A stretch of 64,000 nt of DNA, taken from NCBI RefSeq assembly GCF_006345805.1, contig NC_043017.1, positions 16,244,001-16,308,000 on the forward strand. The letters run 5' to 3'. This stretch comes from Octopus sinensis (lineage: Eukaryota). Shown here piece by piece: positions 39,050 through 52,064 of the stretch. The stretch's first letter is position 1, and each line of letters starts with the position of its first letter. A program made the translations under genes and the position numbers. Under the pieces are notes generated by a model. The model saw only the letters and a program-made list of their open reading frames with translations, searched no databases and was not told the DNA's origin.

Positions 39050-39440
39050 AGCCGTAAAGTTGAACAGATTCTACTTCAACACGAAACAGGCATAGTTTTA
39101 GGTCACATGACGATTGTGGTTCTTTCCCAATTGCCTGCAGCTTGTTGGATGATGGCTCTACGAGTGTTTACTTTACGTATGTTAACAATTGCGTTGGTAG
39201 AGCAAATACGAGAGGCCAGGCCGCAAAACTCGGGAAGTGACTCAACGGGTCCCGATCAAAGTGGATGATCACCTACACCAGCATTTTCATCAATGATTAT
39301 GGTTTTTGTCTTCGAGTGGTTTATAGGCAGCTGATTCCAGGTCTGTGAGGAGAGTTTGAGTATTTGCGATTGTGTGTGAGACGAGTGTCATGTCATCTAC
39401 GAAGTCGAGGTCAGGGAGGGACTTGCTCAGGTCATTTTTA
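39050..39440 (-). mobile_element. RTE-like LINE RT fragment
   Basis: LPDLDFVDDMTLVSHTIANTQTLLTDLESAA (LDFADD-type RT motif). Confidence 0.75.
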
Positions 39441-39469
39441 GGAAGTTCTGACCACTTGAAGCAATACAC

Positions 39470-39890
39470 CATATTCTCGAAGTCTGTTGCATACGCTACT
39501 GAGCAACATATCTCTTCTGTGGACTCTCAAACAAGAAAGTTCCTTGAGAGGATGCCAAAGTTCAGGAAACCCGAAACAGACTGGCAGTGTGAAACAAGCA
39601 AATCGGCAGAACAAGACTGCTGCAGCACTACAAACCCACAAGCGTACATCGAAGAGCAAACCAGCAGTAAAAAAAGAAGCAGATTACAGCAGACAAATCA
39701 CGAGAGTATCGAAAGCTTGTCTAGTCACAAATCTAAGCTAGCGGCAAACATTAAGGCCCGTAACCCACAAGACCAAATCGTGGACTAGAAATCTCTCTTT
39801 GAAAAGCTTCTCAACAGCGGCAAAGCCTCCACGGACAATTTTGTTGTAACACCACTATTCCAACTGGTGTAGTTACTATCGATGAAGCAG
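39470..39890 (+). mobile_element. Probable RTE-like LINE fragment (region upstream of RT) in the opposite orientation
   Basis: AYIEEQ...HKSKLAANIKARNPQDQIVD*...SLFEKLL resembles the APE-RT linker of RTE-type ORFs. Confidence 0.45.
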
Positions 39891-40421
39891 AAACCCATAC
39901 ATACATACATGCATACATACATACATACATACATACATACATACATACATAGATACATACATACATACATACATACACACATACATACATACATACATAC
40001 ACACATACGCACATATACACACATACATTCATAAATGCATGCATACACACATTCCCATTTCCTCTAAAAACCTGTAACACATCTCAAAGGTCCATCAGTG
40101 ACCCCTAGGGTCCATACTTCACACCCATGCAACACTATAGGCCAAGCCCCTAGCGCCTTCGTCATTCCATTGCGATGCTTTCGCTACGAGCACCGCCCCC
40201 CCCCCTCCATATTGTACCGAGTGACCTCACAGATGAAGTATTTCTTCATCCTCGCTGTCATCTCCTGACTGCAACCTCTTCTTCATCTTCCAGCAATGGA
40301 ACCCTGATCATAGAACGGAAGTCCCCAACATTTGGCACCAGTTGCTTTCGTCTATATTTTTCTCATTCTGCCTCTAACGAAAATTTCACTGAAATAAGGA
40401 GTCATCGTGGACGGCATTCAG

Positions 40422-40472
<51 letters not shown>

Positions 40473-40481
40473 GTGTCTGTG

Positions 40482-40517
<36 letters not shown>

Positions 40518-41364
40518 TATATATTTATATATATATATATTCATTTACATATACATACATATGTACATACATATACATACATTCATTTACATGTATATAT
40601 TTATATATACATACATATATACATACATGCATGGTTTGTGTGTGTGTGCGTATGTGTGTGTGTGCGCGTGTGTATGTGTGCGTATGTATGTGTACCTGTG
40701 TGAATTTTAGTGTGTGTTCATTTACATGTTTGTCGATATACACATGTCCGCTTGAATTTGCATATATGCAAATATTTGTGTGCGTGTGTGTGTGAGTATG
40801 TTTGTGGGGGAGGCGTTGAGAAAAGGGGACAGGTTGACAAATGTCTATAAATTTTAATTTTGTGCCCTTAAAATTGGGGTTATTTCACTAAAAATCCATC
40901 GAAGCGTGTGAGATAGGGGATAAGGGACCTTGTCATAATTTAGGGAGCTTATCGTGTCATTCACCACCTTAAAAGGGAAACTGATTGGCCGAGATCAAAG
41001 CAGTGTTTCGGCAGGAACAAGATGGCGGATAGTGTTTTAATGATGAAGCGTTGAGTGTCCAACACACATGCGCATATGTACACTCACACACATATACACG
41101 ATTGCTTGGGGAAACCGTGCGGCGCACGCTATACGTTCATACGTGTACACATGCACATTGGGATGTCGGTGTATACATGCAAATATACACAAACAGGGAG
41201 AGACACATGCACACACACACATGCACACACACACACATGCGCATACAGCCATAAACACGCATATAAACACATACACAAACGCACAGACACACTTACACAC
41301 ACAAACACATAAAATGGAAATACCTAAAGATTGATTAGCTTTTATAATCACATTTAATTTATGA

Positions 41365-41398
<34 letters not shown>

Positions 41399-41561
41399 GG
41401 AGGAGGAGGAGGAGGAGGAGGGGTAACAACAAATCTCTCCTTTATTGGCCACGGGGACTCATACGTACAAAAGATTGTTAGACAGGCGAAAACGCTGTAA
41501 ACTTTGTGTGTGTGTGTGTGTGTGGTGTGTGTGCGTGCGTGTGTGTGTGTGTGTGTGTGTT

Positions 41562-42056
41562 ATCATTCAGTTTTATTTCAATATTTCTTGGCAAAAGAGA
41601 AAGAGCTGGTTTCTAACCTAGATCCAAGGCTCTTTCATTGAAATTTCAACATCAACAGGATATTTTTGCATGTTTGTATGTATGTGTGCAGCATTTGCAG
41701 TCAATGCATGTGCACATTTATGTTTGTGTTATGTCTGTCTTCTCATGCACATAGTTGCATGTCTAGGCATGCGCATATATACTTGGATGATAAACTTCTG
41801 GAAAGTTTTACAGGTTTTTACAGATTCAGAGAGGGCTTGGCTCTGTAATCTCCTAATTAGCTTTCTTTTATCGGGTTTTAAGAGGCCTAATTTCTCAAGA
41901 TTGGCACTTAGGCTATGTGTTACATATCCCAGTGCCCCAATAATTACAGGTATAAACCTGGACGTGTAATTCAGGTTGAGTAATTGTAATTGTCTCTATA
42001 GTTCATTGATGTCGACATCCGTTGGGCAGCGGATTTCCACAACTGAACACAAACAC
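41562..42056 (-). mobile_element. R4-like RLE retrotransposon 3' fragment, 5' side abutting (CATA)n
   Basis: VVEIRCPTDVDI...FIPVIIGALGYVTHSLSANLEKLG...KTCKTFQKFII; 3' UTR gagctggtttctaac shared with the 60029-60190 copy (gagccggtttctaac). Confidence 0.75.
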
Positions 42057-42488
42057 ATGTATGTATGTATGTATGTATGTATGTATGTATGTATGTATGT
42101 ATGTATGTATGTATGTATGTATGTATGTGTGTATGTATGTATGTATGTATGTATGTATTTATGTATGTATGTATTATGTATGTATGTATGTATGTATGTA
42201 TGTGTGTATGTATGTGTGTATGTATGTATGTATGTATGTATGTGTGTATGTATGTGTGTATGTATGTATGTATGTATGTATGTATGTATGTATGTATGTT
42301 GTATGTATGTATTATGTATGTATGTATGTATGTATGTATGTATGTATGTATGTTGTATGTATGTATTATGTATGTATGTATGTATGTATCTATGTATGTA
42401 TGTATGTATGTATGTTGTATGTATGTATTATGTATGTATGTATGTATGTATGTATGCATGAATGTATGTATATATGTATGTATGTATG

Positions 42489-42522
<34 letters not shown>

Positions 42523-42598
42523 TGTATATATGTATGTATGTATGTATTATGTATGTATGTATTATGTATGTATAAATGTATGTATGTATGTATGTATG

Positions 42599-42632
<34 letters not shown>

Positions 42633-42735
42633 TTATGTATGTATGTATGTATGTATAAATGTATGTATGTATGTATGTATGTATGTATGTATGTATGTAT
42701 GTATTATGTATGTATAAATGTATGTATGTATGTGA
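42057..42735. repeat. (TATG)n array, ~680 bp
   Basis: Direct reading. Confidence 0.95.
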
Positions 42736-43341
42736 GCTTGCTCTTGAGATATACTTGTAACGGGTAAGTGAGTACAACACTGTTGTATGGTCCGGTTGTC
42801 GGCGATTAAACAGGCAGTACCACAAGGTTGTTGAGTTGGGTGATGTTTAGAAACTCAGAGAGGTTAAAAGCAAGACCAGCGAAATGGTGGATGAAATCAG
42901 GTGAGTCAACGGACATCTAACTAAAACCACTGGGAGTGAGGGACCCCCAGCTGTTGTCACAGCATCGTTCTAGAACTCTCTGATATAAAAGCTGCGGTTT
43001 CACACGATTACTGATCATCTCGTTTCGGACTGTCACATGATACTAATCGCGAAGACTGGTGAAGCACAAGCGGTTATCGCTATAATCCGATGACGTATAA
43101 GATGTCTCTTTATTGTTATGTACAAGAAGAGAAGGAAGAAGGGAACTGGTTCCTTCGTCGGTCAGAGTGACCGAATGGGGCTGAAACACAGACCTAAGAA
43201 CACAAGTGCACAAAAAAAACGACCCAGATTCAGACCCGCTGAAGACAGGATTTTGGAAAGCAGCAGGAAGACACCTAGGGGTCATGACCCGTGTGAGTCC
43301 GGCTCTCGTAGAGTATCTGTCAAATGGGAGTTCTTCCTCTG

Positions 43342-43551
43342 CGAGTTGGCAGAAACGTAAGCACGACGGGAGAAATGCTTCGCGGTATTTCGTCTGTCTT
43401 TATGTTCTGAGTTCAAATTCCGCCGAGGTCGACTTTGCCTTTCATCCTTTCGGGGTCAATAAATTAAGCACTAATTGCGTACGGGAATCGATCTGATCGA
43501 CTGGCTATCTCTCCAAAAATTTCGGGTCTTATGCCTTGAGTAGAAAAGAAC
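43342..43551 (+). mobile_element. Near full-length SINE A with 16-bp target-site duplication
   Basis: gggagttc(t/c)tcctctg at 43326-43341 and 43552-43567. Confidence 0.9.
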
Positions 43552-43659
43552 GGGAGTTCCTCCTCTGGAGATCTCTCCTGCTGTGCGCTGGCCTCACGGC
43601 GAGTTTCTGTTATTTACTTATTGGTGATCATTCTGTCCACTAAATGTCCTGCGGCAGTT

Positions 43660-43795
43660 ACACTTGACCAGTTGGAAACGTACTGTTATGCAGATCTGCA
43701 GCGGGACTGAAAAGTCATCTCAGAGGTCATGGATGGAAAGTCAGAAATACTTGACAGCGAGGAAGCACAAGGAGACGGCAACCATCTGGGAAGAT
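43660..43795 (+). mobile_element. RTE-like LINE 3' end
   Basis: CRSAAGLKSHLRGHG zinc-finger-like end, then 3' UTR and (GATG)n tail. Confidence 0.55.
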
Positions 43796-44631
43796 GGATG
43801 GATGTGTGTATGTATGTATGTATGTATGTATGTATGTATGTATGTATGTATGTATATGTATGTGTGAATGGTAGAAATAAATTAAAATTTGTGATTAACG
43901 TAGACTTGTTACATGGGAATATACGAAAGATCATTCCAAATACCTCATAATGAAAATAGAAAATAATTAAAAAAGCATATTATTGTGAATAATTTGTTGT
44001 TTTTTGTAAATGTGTGTGAGTGTGTGTATTTGTGTGTATGATTGTGTGTATGTGTGTTTGCATGTATGTATACGTGTATATACACACATATATATACAGA
44101 CATACACATAAATGTATGTGCGCAAGTAGGTGTGTATGTGTGCGTGTGGGTGTGTTTGGGTGTGTGAGTGTGTGTGTAGAGAGAGAAAGAGACCGAAACC
44201 GCACATATACACACACACACACTCACACGTATACACACGCTGGCACACATCATATGAATGCTGATTAGAACGTATGACAAAATACCTTGGTATTTGTTCC
44301 GACTCAATGCGTTCAGAGTTCAAATCGTGCCGGGGTCAACTTTGTCACTGAAATAAATCACCGTCCAGGGCAACTAATAAATATAAATGCAGAGGTTCAT
44401 GGGTGGAATGTCTTTGATGCTATATTGCCGGTATGAGACAAACAAAAACAACAACAACGAACTAATGAGCGTGCCAATTTGCTAAAAACAACAGTCAAGT
44501 ATAACTAAAATTTATACAGCCGCCTAAGAAAATGGAAGGATCACATTATATAATGAATACACAAATGTAGCTGGAATGGTCATGACTGGAGCGCCTTTGA
44601 TTAAATAAAAATAATAATAATAGTTTCAAAT

Positions 44632-44980
44632 TTTGGCACAAGGCCAGCAATTTCGGGGAGGGTGTAAGTCGGTTACACAGACCCCAGTGCGTAACAGGTG
44701 CTTATTTGATCGACACCGATAGGATGAAAGGCAAAGTCGACCTCGGCGGAATTTGAACTCATTAAATGATAATAATAATAATAATAATAATAATAATTCT
44801 TTCTACGAAAGGCGCAAGGTCTAAAATTTGTGGGGAGTTGACCAGTCGATTACATCGCCCCTAGTGTTTCACTGGTATTTAATTTATCGACCCCAAAAGG
44901 ATGAAAGGCAAAGTCGACCTCGGTGGGATTTGAACTCAGAACGTAGCGACGGGCGAAATATCGCTAAGCATTTCGTCCAG
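44632..44980 (-). mobile_element. Two SINE A copies separated and flanked by (AAT)n
   Basis: 44632-44760 and 44795-44980 both carry gaaaggcaaagtcgacctcgg...tttgaactca. Confidence 0.9.
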
Positions 44981-45039
44981 CATAATAATAATAATAATAA
45001 TAACAACAACAACAACAACAACAACAACAATAACAACAA

Positions 45040-46095
45040 ATTTCGGAGTTAGACATACAAGAAACAAGCACAGAAAAAGCTAAGCGCATGAAAACCCGTG
45101 CTAAAACTGCGGCCTTAGATATTCTGAATGATAAATGGCAAGAAAAACCTCTCTATGGCAAATACCCAAAGAGAGCGAATAATGCAGATGTTGACAAAGC
45201 CCTGACCCATCAATGGCTAATGGCTTCTGGCTTAAAATCTGAAACAGAAGGGTTTATCATAGCAGCTCAAGATCAATGCCTACCAACAAGGAACTACCAG
45301 GCCAACATATTAAAGAACAGCAGTAGCCCAACATGTCGTGTATATCAACAATAAAATGAAACCATTGATCATATTGTCTCCAAGTGCAGTCTTCTTGCGC
45401 CTACAGAATATCTCAACAGGCATGATAGAGCTGCACAATATATATTCACTGGGTAATCTGCAAAAACCTGGATTTGCCCCATGAAAAAAACTGGTGGGAA
45501 CACAACCCACCTCCAGTGCTTGAAAATTACCACATCTCACTCCTCTGGAACTTCACCATTTAAACTGACAGAAAGATAGACGCGAATAGGCCAGACATCA
45601 TAGTAAAAGACTTCAGACTAAAAACATGCCTCCTCATTGATATGACTCTCCCAATCGATATAAACGTATCTGTCATGACCTACCAAAAACTGAGCAAATA
45701 TAAAGATCTTGAAATAGAAATCAGCAAAATGTGGAACCTGAAGACTAAAACAATACCCGTTGTCATAGGTGCCCTGGGAATGATAGCAAAAGGGGCTGAT
45801 TGCTACCTAACTCAGATACCAGGAAACCCCAAAATGGCAGAAATTCAAAAGATAGTGCTCATGGGAACTGCTCATATCCTACGCAAAATACTTTCTATGT
45901 AATCTCAAGTTTTAAAACAAACATAATTTTCGTATGTTTTTTTTTAGGCATTCACTAGTACAACACTAAGTACAAAACCAAATATATGGCGCCCTAGGCA
46001 TAACACCAACATGAACTTCCAACTTGGTGTCACTTGAGGTCTCTGGGTGAGACTTGGAGCTAACTTGTACAAATGTAAAGCAAAAGTCAAACATA

Positions 46096-46097
<2 letters not shown>
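45040..46097 (+). mobile_element. 5'-truncated R4/Dong-like non-LTR retrotransposon (RLE domain plus 3' UTR) in (AAT)n/(AAC)n
   Basis: ETEGFIIAAQDQCL, CRV(Y)..ETIDHIVSKC knuckle, NRHD, NRPDI, LLIDMTLP, LSKYKDLEIE, IPVVIGALG, GTAHILRKILSM*; (AAT)n tail; internal stops. Confidence 0.92.
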
Positions 46098-46130
<33 letters not shown>

Positions 46131-46224
46131 TAAAGAAGAAGAAGAAGAAGAAAGAAGAAGAAGAAGAAGAAGAAGAAGAAGAAGAAGAAGAAGAAGAAGA
46201 AGAAGAAGAAGAAGAAGAAGAATA

Positions 46225-46395
46225 GGTTCAAATTTTGGCTCAAGTCCAGTGATTTTAGGAGTGAATAAATCGATCCCACTGACCTCCGTACGTGACTGGT
46301 ACTTTATTTTATTGAACCCGAAAGGATTGAAGAGAATGATGACTTTGGCGGTTGAGTTCAGAACATATAGACGAAAAGTCACACGAAATGCCCGT
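46225..46395 (-). mobile_element. Diverged SINE A
   Basis: gttcaaattttggctcaag...ctggtactttattttattgaacccgaaagg...gagttcagaac. Confidence 0.65.
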
Positions 46396-47462
46396 TCGAC
46401 ATCTTTTCTTTTCCTCTTTTTTCATTTTCCTTTTTTATTTTATCTTATTTTTTATATTTTTGGCGCACGAACGAATAAACAGAAAACCAGAAGTTTGAGG
46501 AAACACCTACAAGATATCATCTACCTCAAAATGTGACTGGTACCTTTTTTATGCTGTCGATTCCCACCGGGGTGTATGCATACACACACACACACACACA
46601 CATGGGGAGAGAGAGTGTGTGTGTGATAGATTAGCTTACAGCTGTCTCTATCTTACTATACAGGATGCTTATACACTCATAATTGAATGCTTGAGTATCT
46701 ATCAATCACCCTCATAGCTTCATCAGAGCTTCAAGCATCCAACTATGAGTGCGTTGCAGGGACAGTTGTCAGCTAATGAAATTTAGAACATATTTCGTTG
46801 TCGTCCTGTTATTTTGCTTTGTCCACTCTGTCATACTGTGAAGAAGAAGCACATTTATAGTATATTGAGTCCTTCTAACGCCAGGCTTTTTTATAATACG
46901 TATTTTACTTGCTGTGCGGAAGCAAAATATTAACAATATACATGCAATATTATATAATATAATTTACCAATCAAGTATGTATAGAGATCGGTTAAATCGA
47001 TACGTTACTCCCTGTCCCCACCCAAAATATTTTATATATAATGACGGTTTGTTTCTATTTTGACGCCCGACCTTGCTTACTCTGACAATCCACCATATTC
47101 TTTTTTTCTTATAAAAAAAATTTCCTTCTCTTTGCGGATTGTCTTTCTAACAGGAACTGATGTCGCTTCGAAGCCAATCAGTGACTTCACTTTGACTTTG
47201 TTGTTTCTTCCCCCTTTGTTTTCCCTTCGTTTTTGGATGATTTCTTTTTTTTTATATAAATATGTGTTGCGAGAACAATACAAGTGCCCCTCCCCGCCAC
47301 ACTCACACACTCACACACACACACCCACACACACACAGAGGTAATAAGTTCGTGAACAAACAGAAAGTAACGAAAAACAGAAAAAAAAAATCGGAAGTCA
47401 GTTTGGACGTACACAGAGAATATATTAAGATTGACGCTATGTATATATGTATGTGTGTATGT

Positions 47463-47504
<42 letters not shown>

Positions 47505-47542
47505 CACCACACATCTTTTTCCAAGTATATATATATGTATAT

Positions 47543-47586
<44 letters not shown>

Positions 47587-47728
47587 ACTGAAAGACAGAC
47601 ACTCAGGCAGATAGATAGATACATACATACATATGATATACATATATATGTGTGTGTATGCATATACACGATACTTATATATATATATATATAAATGTGT
47701 GTATATATATATACATATATATATATAA

Positions 47729-47771
<43 letters not shown>

Positions 47772-47860
47772 TAGATAGATACATACATGATTTTATATAT
47801 ATATATATATATATATACACAAATATATATACACACATACACGTATTACGTGTTTATATT

Positions 47861-47883
47861 TATATATATACGTAAATGAATAC

Positions 47884-47933
<50 letters not shown>

Positions 47934-47962
47934 ACACGTATTCATTTACGTATATATATATA
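47861..47962. repeat. ~100-bp palindrome centred on (TA)n
   Basis: atacgtaaatgaatacgt (TA)n acgtattcatttacgtat, a perfect 18-bp inverted repeat. Confidence 0.9.
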
Positions 47963-48118
47963 TATACATTCATTCATTATATATGTGTGTGTGGGGATAG
48001 TGCGTGTGTGTAAAATACATGTGGCAGTGGACGAGTGAGCGCCATTAACAGCTAAAAACTTTCCCCCTTCTCCCCGCCAACGTAATACTGACTCAGCTTC
48101 CTCAATACAGAATCGTTG

Positions 48119-48164
<46 letters not shown>

Positions 48165-48568
48165 ACACACACACACAAACATACACACACACACACAAGC
48201 ATATATACACACACACACATATATATATACGTATATATACGATTCTCTGTGTTCGTGTGTGTATATATACATACATACATACATACATACATACATACAT
48301 ACACACACACATACATACATACATACATACACTCAAACATACATACATACATACATACATACATACATACATACATACATACATACATACATACATACAC
48401 ACATCTGTATATACCTGAGCAATTTATAAACGCCGCTGTACACAATGGAGGCACAGACAGAACTGGATATGACCAAGTGGATACTCAGAGTTATCCACCA
48501 AGTGGATACTCAGAGTTAGAATTTATCGAGATTCAGCCCCAATTATTTATAACCAATTATATCTGATA

Positions 48569-48950
48569 GGCGTGGCTGTGTGGTAAGAAGGTTCTTTCCC
48601 AACCAGGGTTCAGTCCCACTGGGTGACATCTTGGACAAGTGCATTCTACTATATAGTCTCGGGCCTTGTGAGTGAATTTGGTAGATGGAAACTGAAAGAA
48701 GCCCATCGTAGACATGTATGTATATATCTATGCGTGTGTGTGTGTGTCTGTATTTTTGTTTGTTTCTCATCACCGCTTGACAGCAGGTGTTCGTGTGTTT
48801 ACGTCCCCGTAACTTAGCAGTTCGGCAAAAGACAACGACAGAATAAGTACCTGGCTTTAAAATCTAAGTAGGGGGTCCATTCGTTCGACTAAAACTTCTT
48901 CAAGGCAGTGCTCCAGCATGGCCGCAGTCTAATACCTGAAACAAGTAAAG
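48569..48950 (+). mobile_element. SINE family B (tRNA head, CORE-like segment, internal microsatellite, 3' module)
   Basis: tggctgtgtggtaag (A box), gggttcagtccc (B box), ttggacaagtg, aaactgaaagaagccc, acgtccccgtaacttagc, gctccagcatggccgcagtc. Confidence 0.85.
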
Positions 48951-49022
48951 GATTATATATGTGTGTGTGTGTGCGCGTATTTATATATATATATGTATAT
49001 ATCTATATAAAATATATACATA

Positions 49023-49410
49023 GGCGTAAGAGTGGCTGTGTGGTAAGTAGATTGCTTACGAACCATACGGTTCTGGGTTCAGTCCCACTGCGTGGCAGCT
49101 TGGGCAAGTGTCTTCCGCTATAGTCTCGGGCCGACCAAAGCCTTGTGAGTGGATTTGGTAGACGGAAACTGAAAGAAGCCCGTCGTATATATATGTATGT
49201 TTGTGTGTCTGTGTTTGAACCCCCAAGATCGCTTGACAACCGATGCTGGTGTGTTTACGTCCCCGTAACTTAGCGGTTCGGCAAAAGAGACCGATAGAAT
49301 AAGTACTAGGCTTACAAAGAATAAGTCCTGGGGTCGATTTGCTCGACTAAAGGCGGTGCTCCAGCACGGCCACAGTCACATGACTGAAACAAGTAAAAGA
49401 GTAAAAGAGT
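49023..49410 (+). mobile_element. Full-length SINE B
   Basis: Complete head to (AAAAGAGT)n tail. Confidence 0.9.
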
Positions 49411-49540
49411 ATATAATTAGGGTACCAAGAAGCCCCAGTTTCACTAAAAATAGGAGTCATAAAAACTCCGAAGCCACAATAATCTTCACTAAATTTTTAT
49501 AGTCATGGGAAAAAAAGTTAATTTATATATATATGTGTGT

Positions 49541-49597
<57 letters not shown>

Positions 49598-50171
49598 TAT
49601 GTGTGTGTGTGTATGTGTGTGTGTGTGTGTGTGTGTGTATACACACACACACATAAGCTCGCGCACACTAAACATCATAGAGATATAAGTCAGACATAGA
49701 TATAGATTGTGACCAACCAATCAGATCTCATCAAAGTGAGCCCTTCTATTTAATAATCCCAAAGTAAATCAACATCGGATTAAGGGCCAAATTGCTTGCC
49801 CCCTTTCCTGCCCTGTTTGCACCATAACTACGTTAAATGATGCGCTTGAGGGGTTTTACCTTCGACCTGAATTCCCACTGTTCTGAAGGTCGACAGCTAA
49901 AGACTCATCCTTATTGCTGTGTATACACACATACACATCTATACACATATATATTGATGCAATTGTGCATACACATGTATGTACAGTTATACACGCATGC
50001 CTGAGTATATATAATGAGACGCATACATTGACATAATATATAAATACACATATCTATGTATATATATATATATTTATATAATATATATATATATATATAT
50101 ACCACGTACATATATACAACATACATCCATAAGCATTTTAAAGACACATCGAAGATATATACGCAGACATA

Positions 50172-50208
<37 letters not shown>

Positions 50209-50232
50209 GTATATGTCTATATATGTATATGC

Positions 50233-50282
<50 letters not shown>

Positions 50283-50384
50283 ATACATCACGTATATAAA
50301 AGCGCAAGCGTAGGCATTTATATATAGCCTTCTCTATACATATATACATACACGTATTTATCTCTATATATTTTGTATTGAACA

Positions 50385-50955
50385 GGCGCAGAAGTGGCTG
50401 TGTGGTAAGAGGCTTGCTGTCTAATCACATGGTTCCGAGTTCAGTCCCACTGCGTGGCACCTTGCCCAAGTGTCTCTTACTATAGCCTCGGGCCAACCAA
50501 GGCCTTGTGAGTGGATTTCGTACACGCAAACTGAAGAAGCCCGTAGTATATATAGTGGCTGTGCGGTAAGTAGCTTGCTAACCAACCACATGGTTTCGGC
50601 TTCAGTCCCACTGCGTGGCATCTTGGGCAAGTGTCTTCTGCTATAGCCCCGGGCCGACCAATGCCTTGTGAGTGAATTTGGTAGACGGAAACTGAAAGAA
50701 GCCCGTCGTATATATGTATATATATATATATATGTGTGTGTGTATGTTTGTGTGTCTGTGTTTGTCCCCTAGCATTGCTTGACAACCGATGCTGGTGTGT
50801 TTACGTCTCCGTCACTTAGCGGTTCGGCAAAAGTGACCGATTGAATAAGTACTGGGCTTACAAAGAATAAGTCCCGGGGTCGATTTGCTCGACTAAAGGC
50901 GGTGCTCCAGCATGGCCTCAGTCAAATGACTGAAACAAGTAAAAGAATAAAAGAA
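50385..50955 (+). mobile_element. SINE B half-copy (50385-50550) fused to a full copy (50554-50955)
   Basis: Two successive heads gtggctgtg(t/c)ggtaag with CORE segments, one 3' module. Confidence 0.9.
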
Positions 50956-51469
50956 ATAAGAGAAATTTGAGCAACATGATTGATGGTTATAGGCTTGTAG
51001 CTGACCAATCAATGAGAGGTAAGGGAGTATCTGTATACATCGTTGCAGAACAATTATCACAAGGGACTTTGCTCGGAAGCTCCTGTGTATTGTTTTTTCT
51101 CGGTGATGTCTACATAACCAAAAGATAAACATACACGTCTTCCATAAACGTGTGTGTATTTGTAGGTGTGTATGTAGGCAAACTGTGCTGTGTTGTAGTT
51201 TATATAAAAACATGCATATATGCACACTAGCTATATGCATACATGTGTAAATACATGATCACAGGTACATACTTAGATAAAAGACATATACGCATCCGAG
51301 TATGTGCTAAAAACAATGCAGTAAAACTGGCAATGCGTTGACTAAGTATCAAGTATATATGTGTATGTCGATCACCTCATATCACCCTTTACGATAAGAA
51401 AGTTGCTCTCCCTCTCTGAATCTAATCACACGCATATATAAGCGCATGCACAGACACACACACACACAA

Positions 51470-51689
51470 ATGTGGTGGGTTAACCACATGTGAATCGTTG
51501 GCGATTTTTTTCCCTCCGTCTTCCTTTTCTATTGGGCTTTCCTCTGTTTCTGAAGAAGAGCGTTGCTCGAAACGTTAAAGCAACCTTCTTTTCCTTCCCT
51601 GAGCGTTTGCTAATACTTACATGTACCACGTCCTTACGTTGTTGTTTTCTTTTGTATTTGTTCTTCGTTTTGGGGGATTTACGATAATG

Positions 51690-51690
<1 letters not shown>
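51470..51690 (+). mobile_element. Penelope-like short element with intact-core hammerhead-like motif (51545-51582), ending at (TA)n
   Basis: tgttt|CTGAAGA|a|GAGC gtt GCTC|GAAA|CGTT|aaagca, then ccctgagcgt...ccacgtcct. Confidence 0.65.
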
Positions 51691-51762
<72 letters not shown>

Positions 51763-52064
51763 TATATATATAGAGAGAGAGACAAACAGACAGACAGGTA
51801 AACATACAGATAATCTCCGTATGGAAAACACTTGGTGGTGCTCAAGAGGTTTAAAGGTTTGAGTAGGAAGAGGAGAATATGTAAGGACAAGCAAGTTAGG
51901 CAAGTCGATATGCGAAAAATATTAAATAGATTTAATACAAAAATGCGCATCTGTTTATTTACAGACGGAGCTGGTATTATGCGATGATGGAATCAATTTA
52001 CAGCCATTATTCTGGACCACCAGAAACAGCCGTTGGGCTCATAAAACTCTTATTTCACTTCTTT

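Noticed and set aside
40980-41030. ATTGG plus CAAGATGGCGG (CCAAT and YY1-like motifs) as a promoter
   Set aside because: Short motifs with no CpG island or downstream exon.
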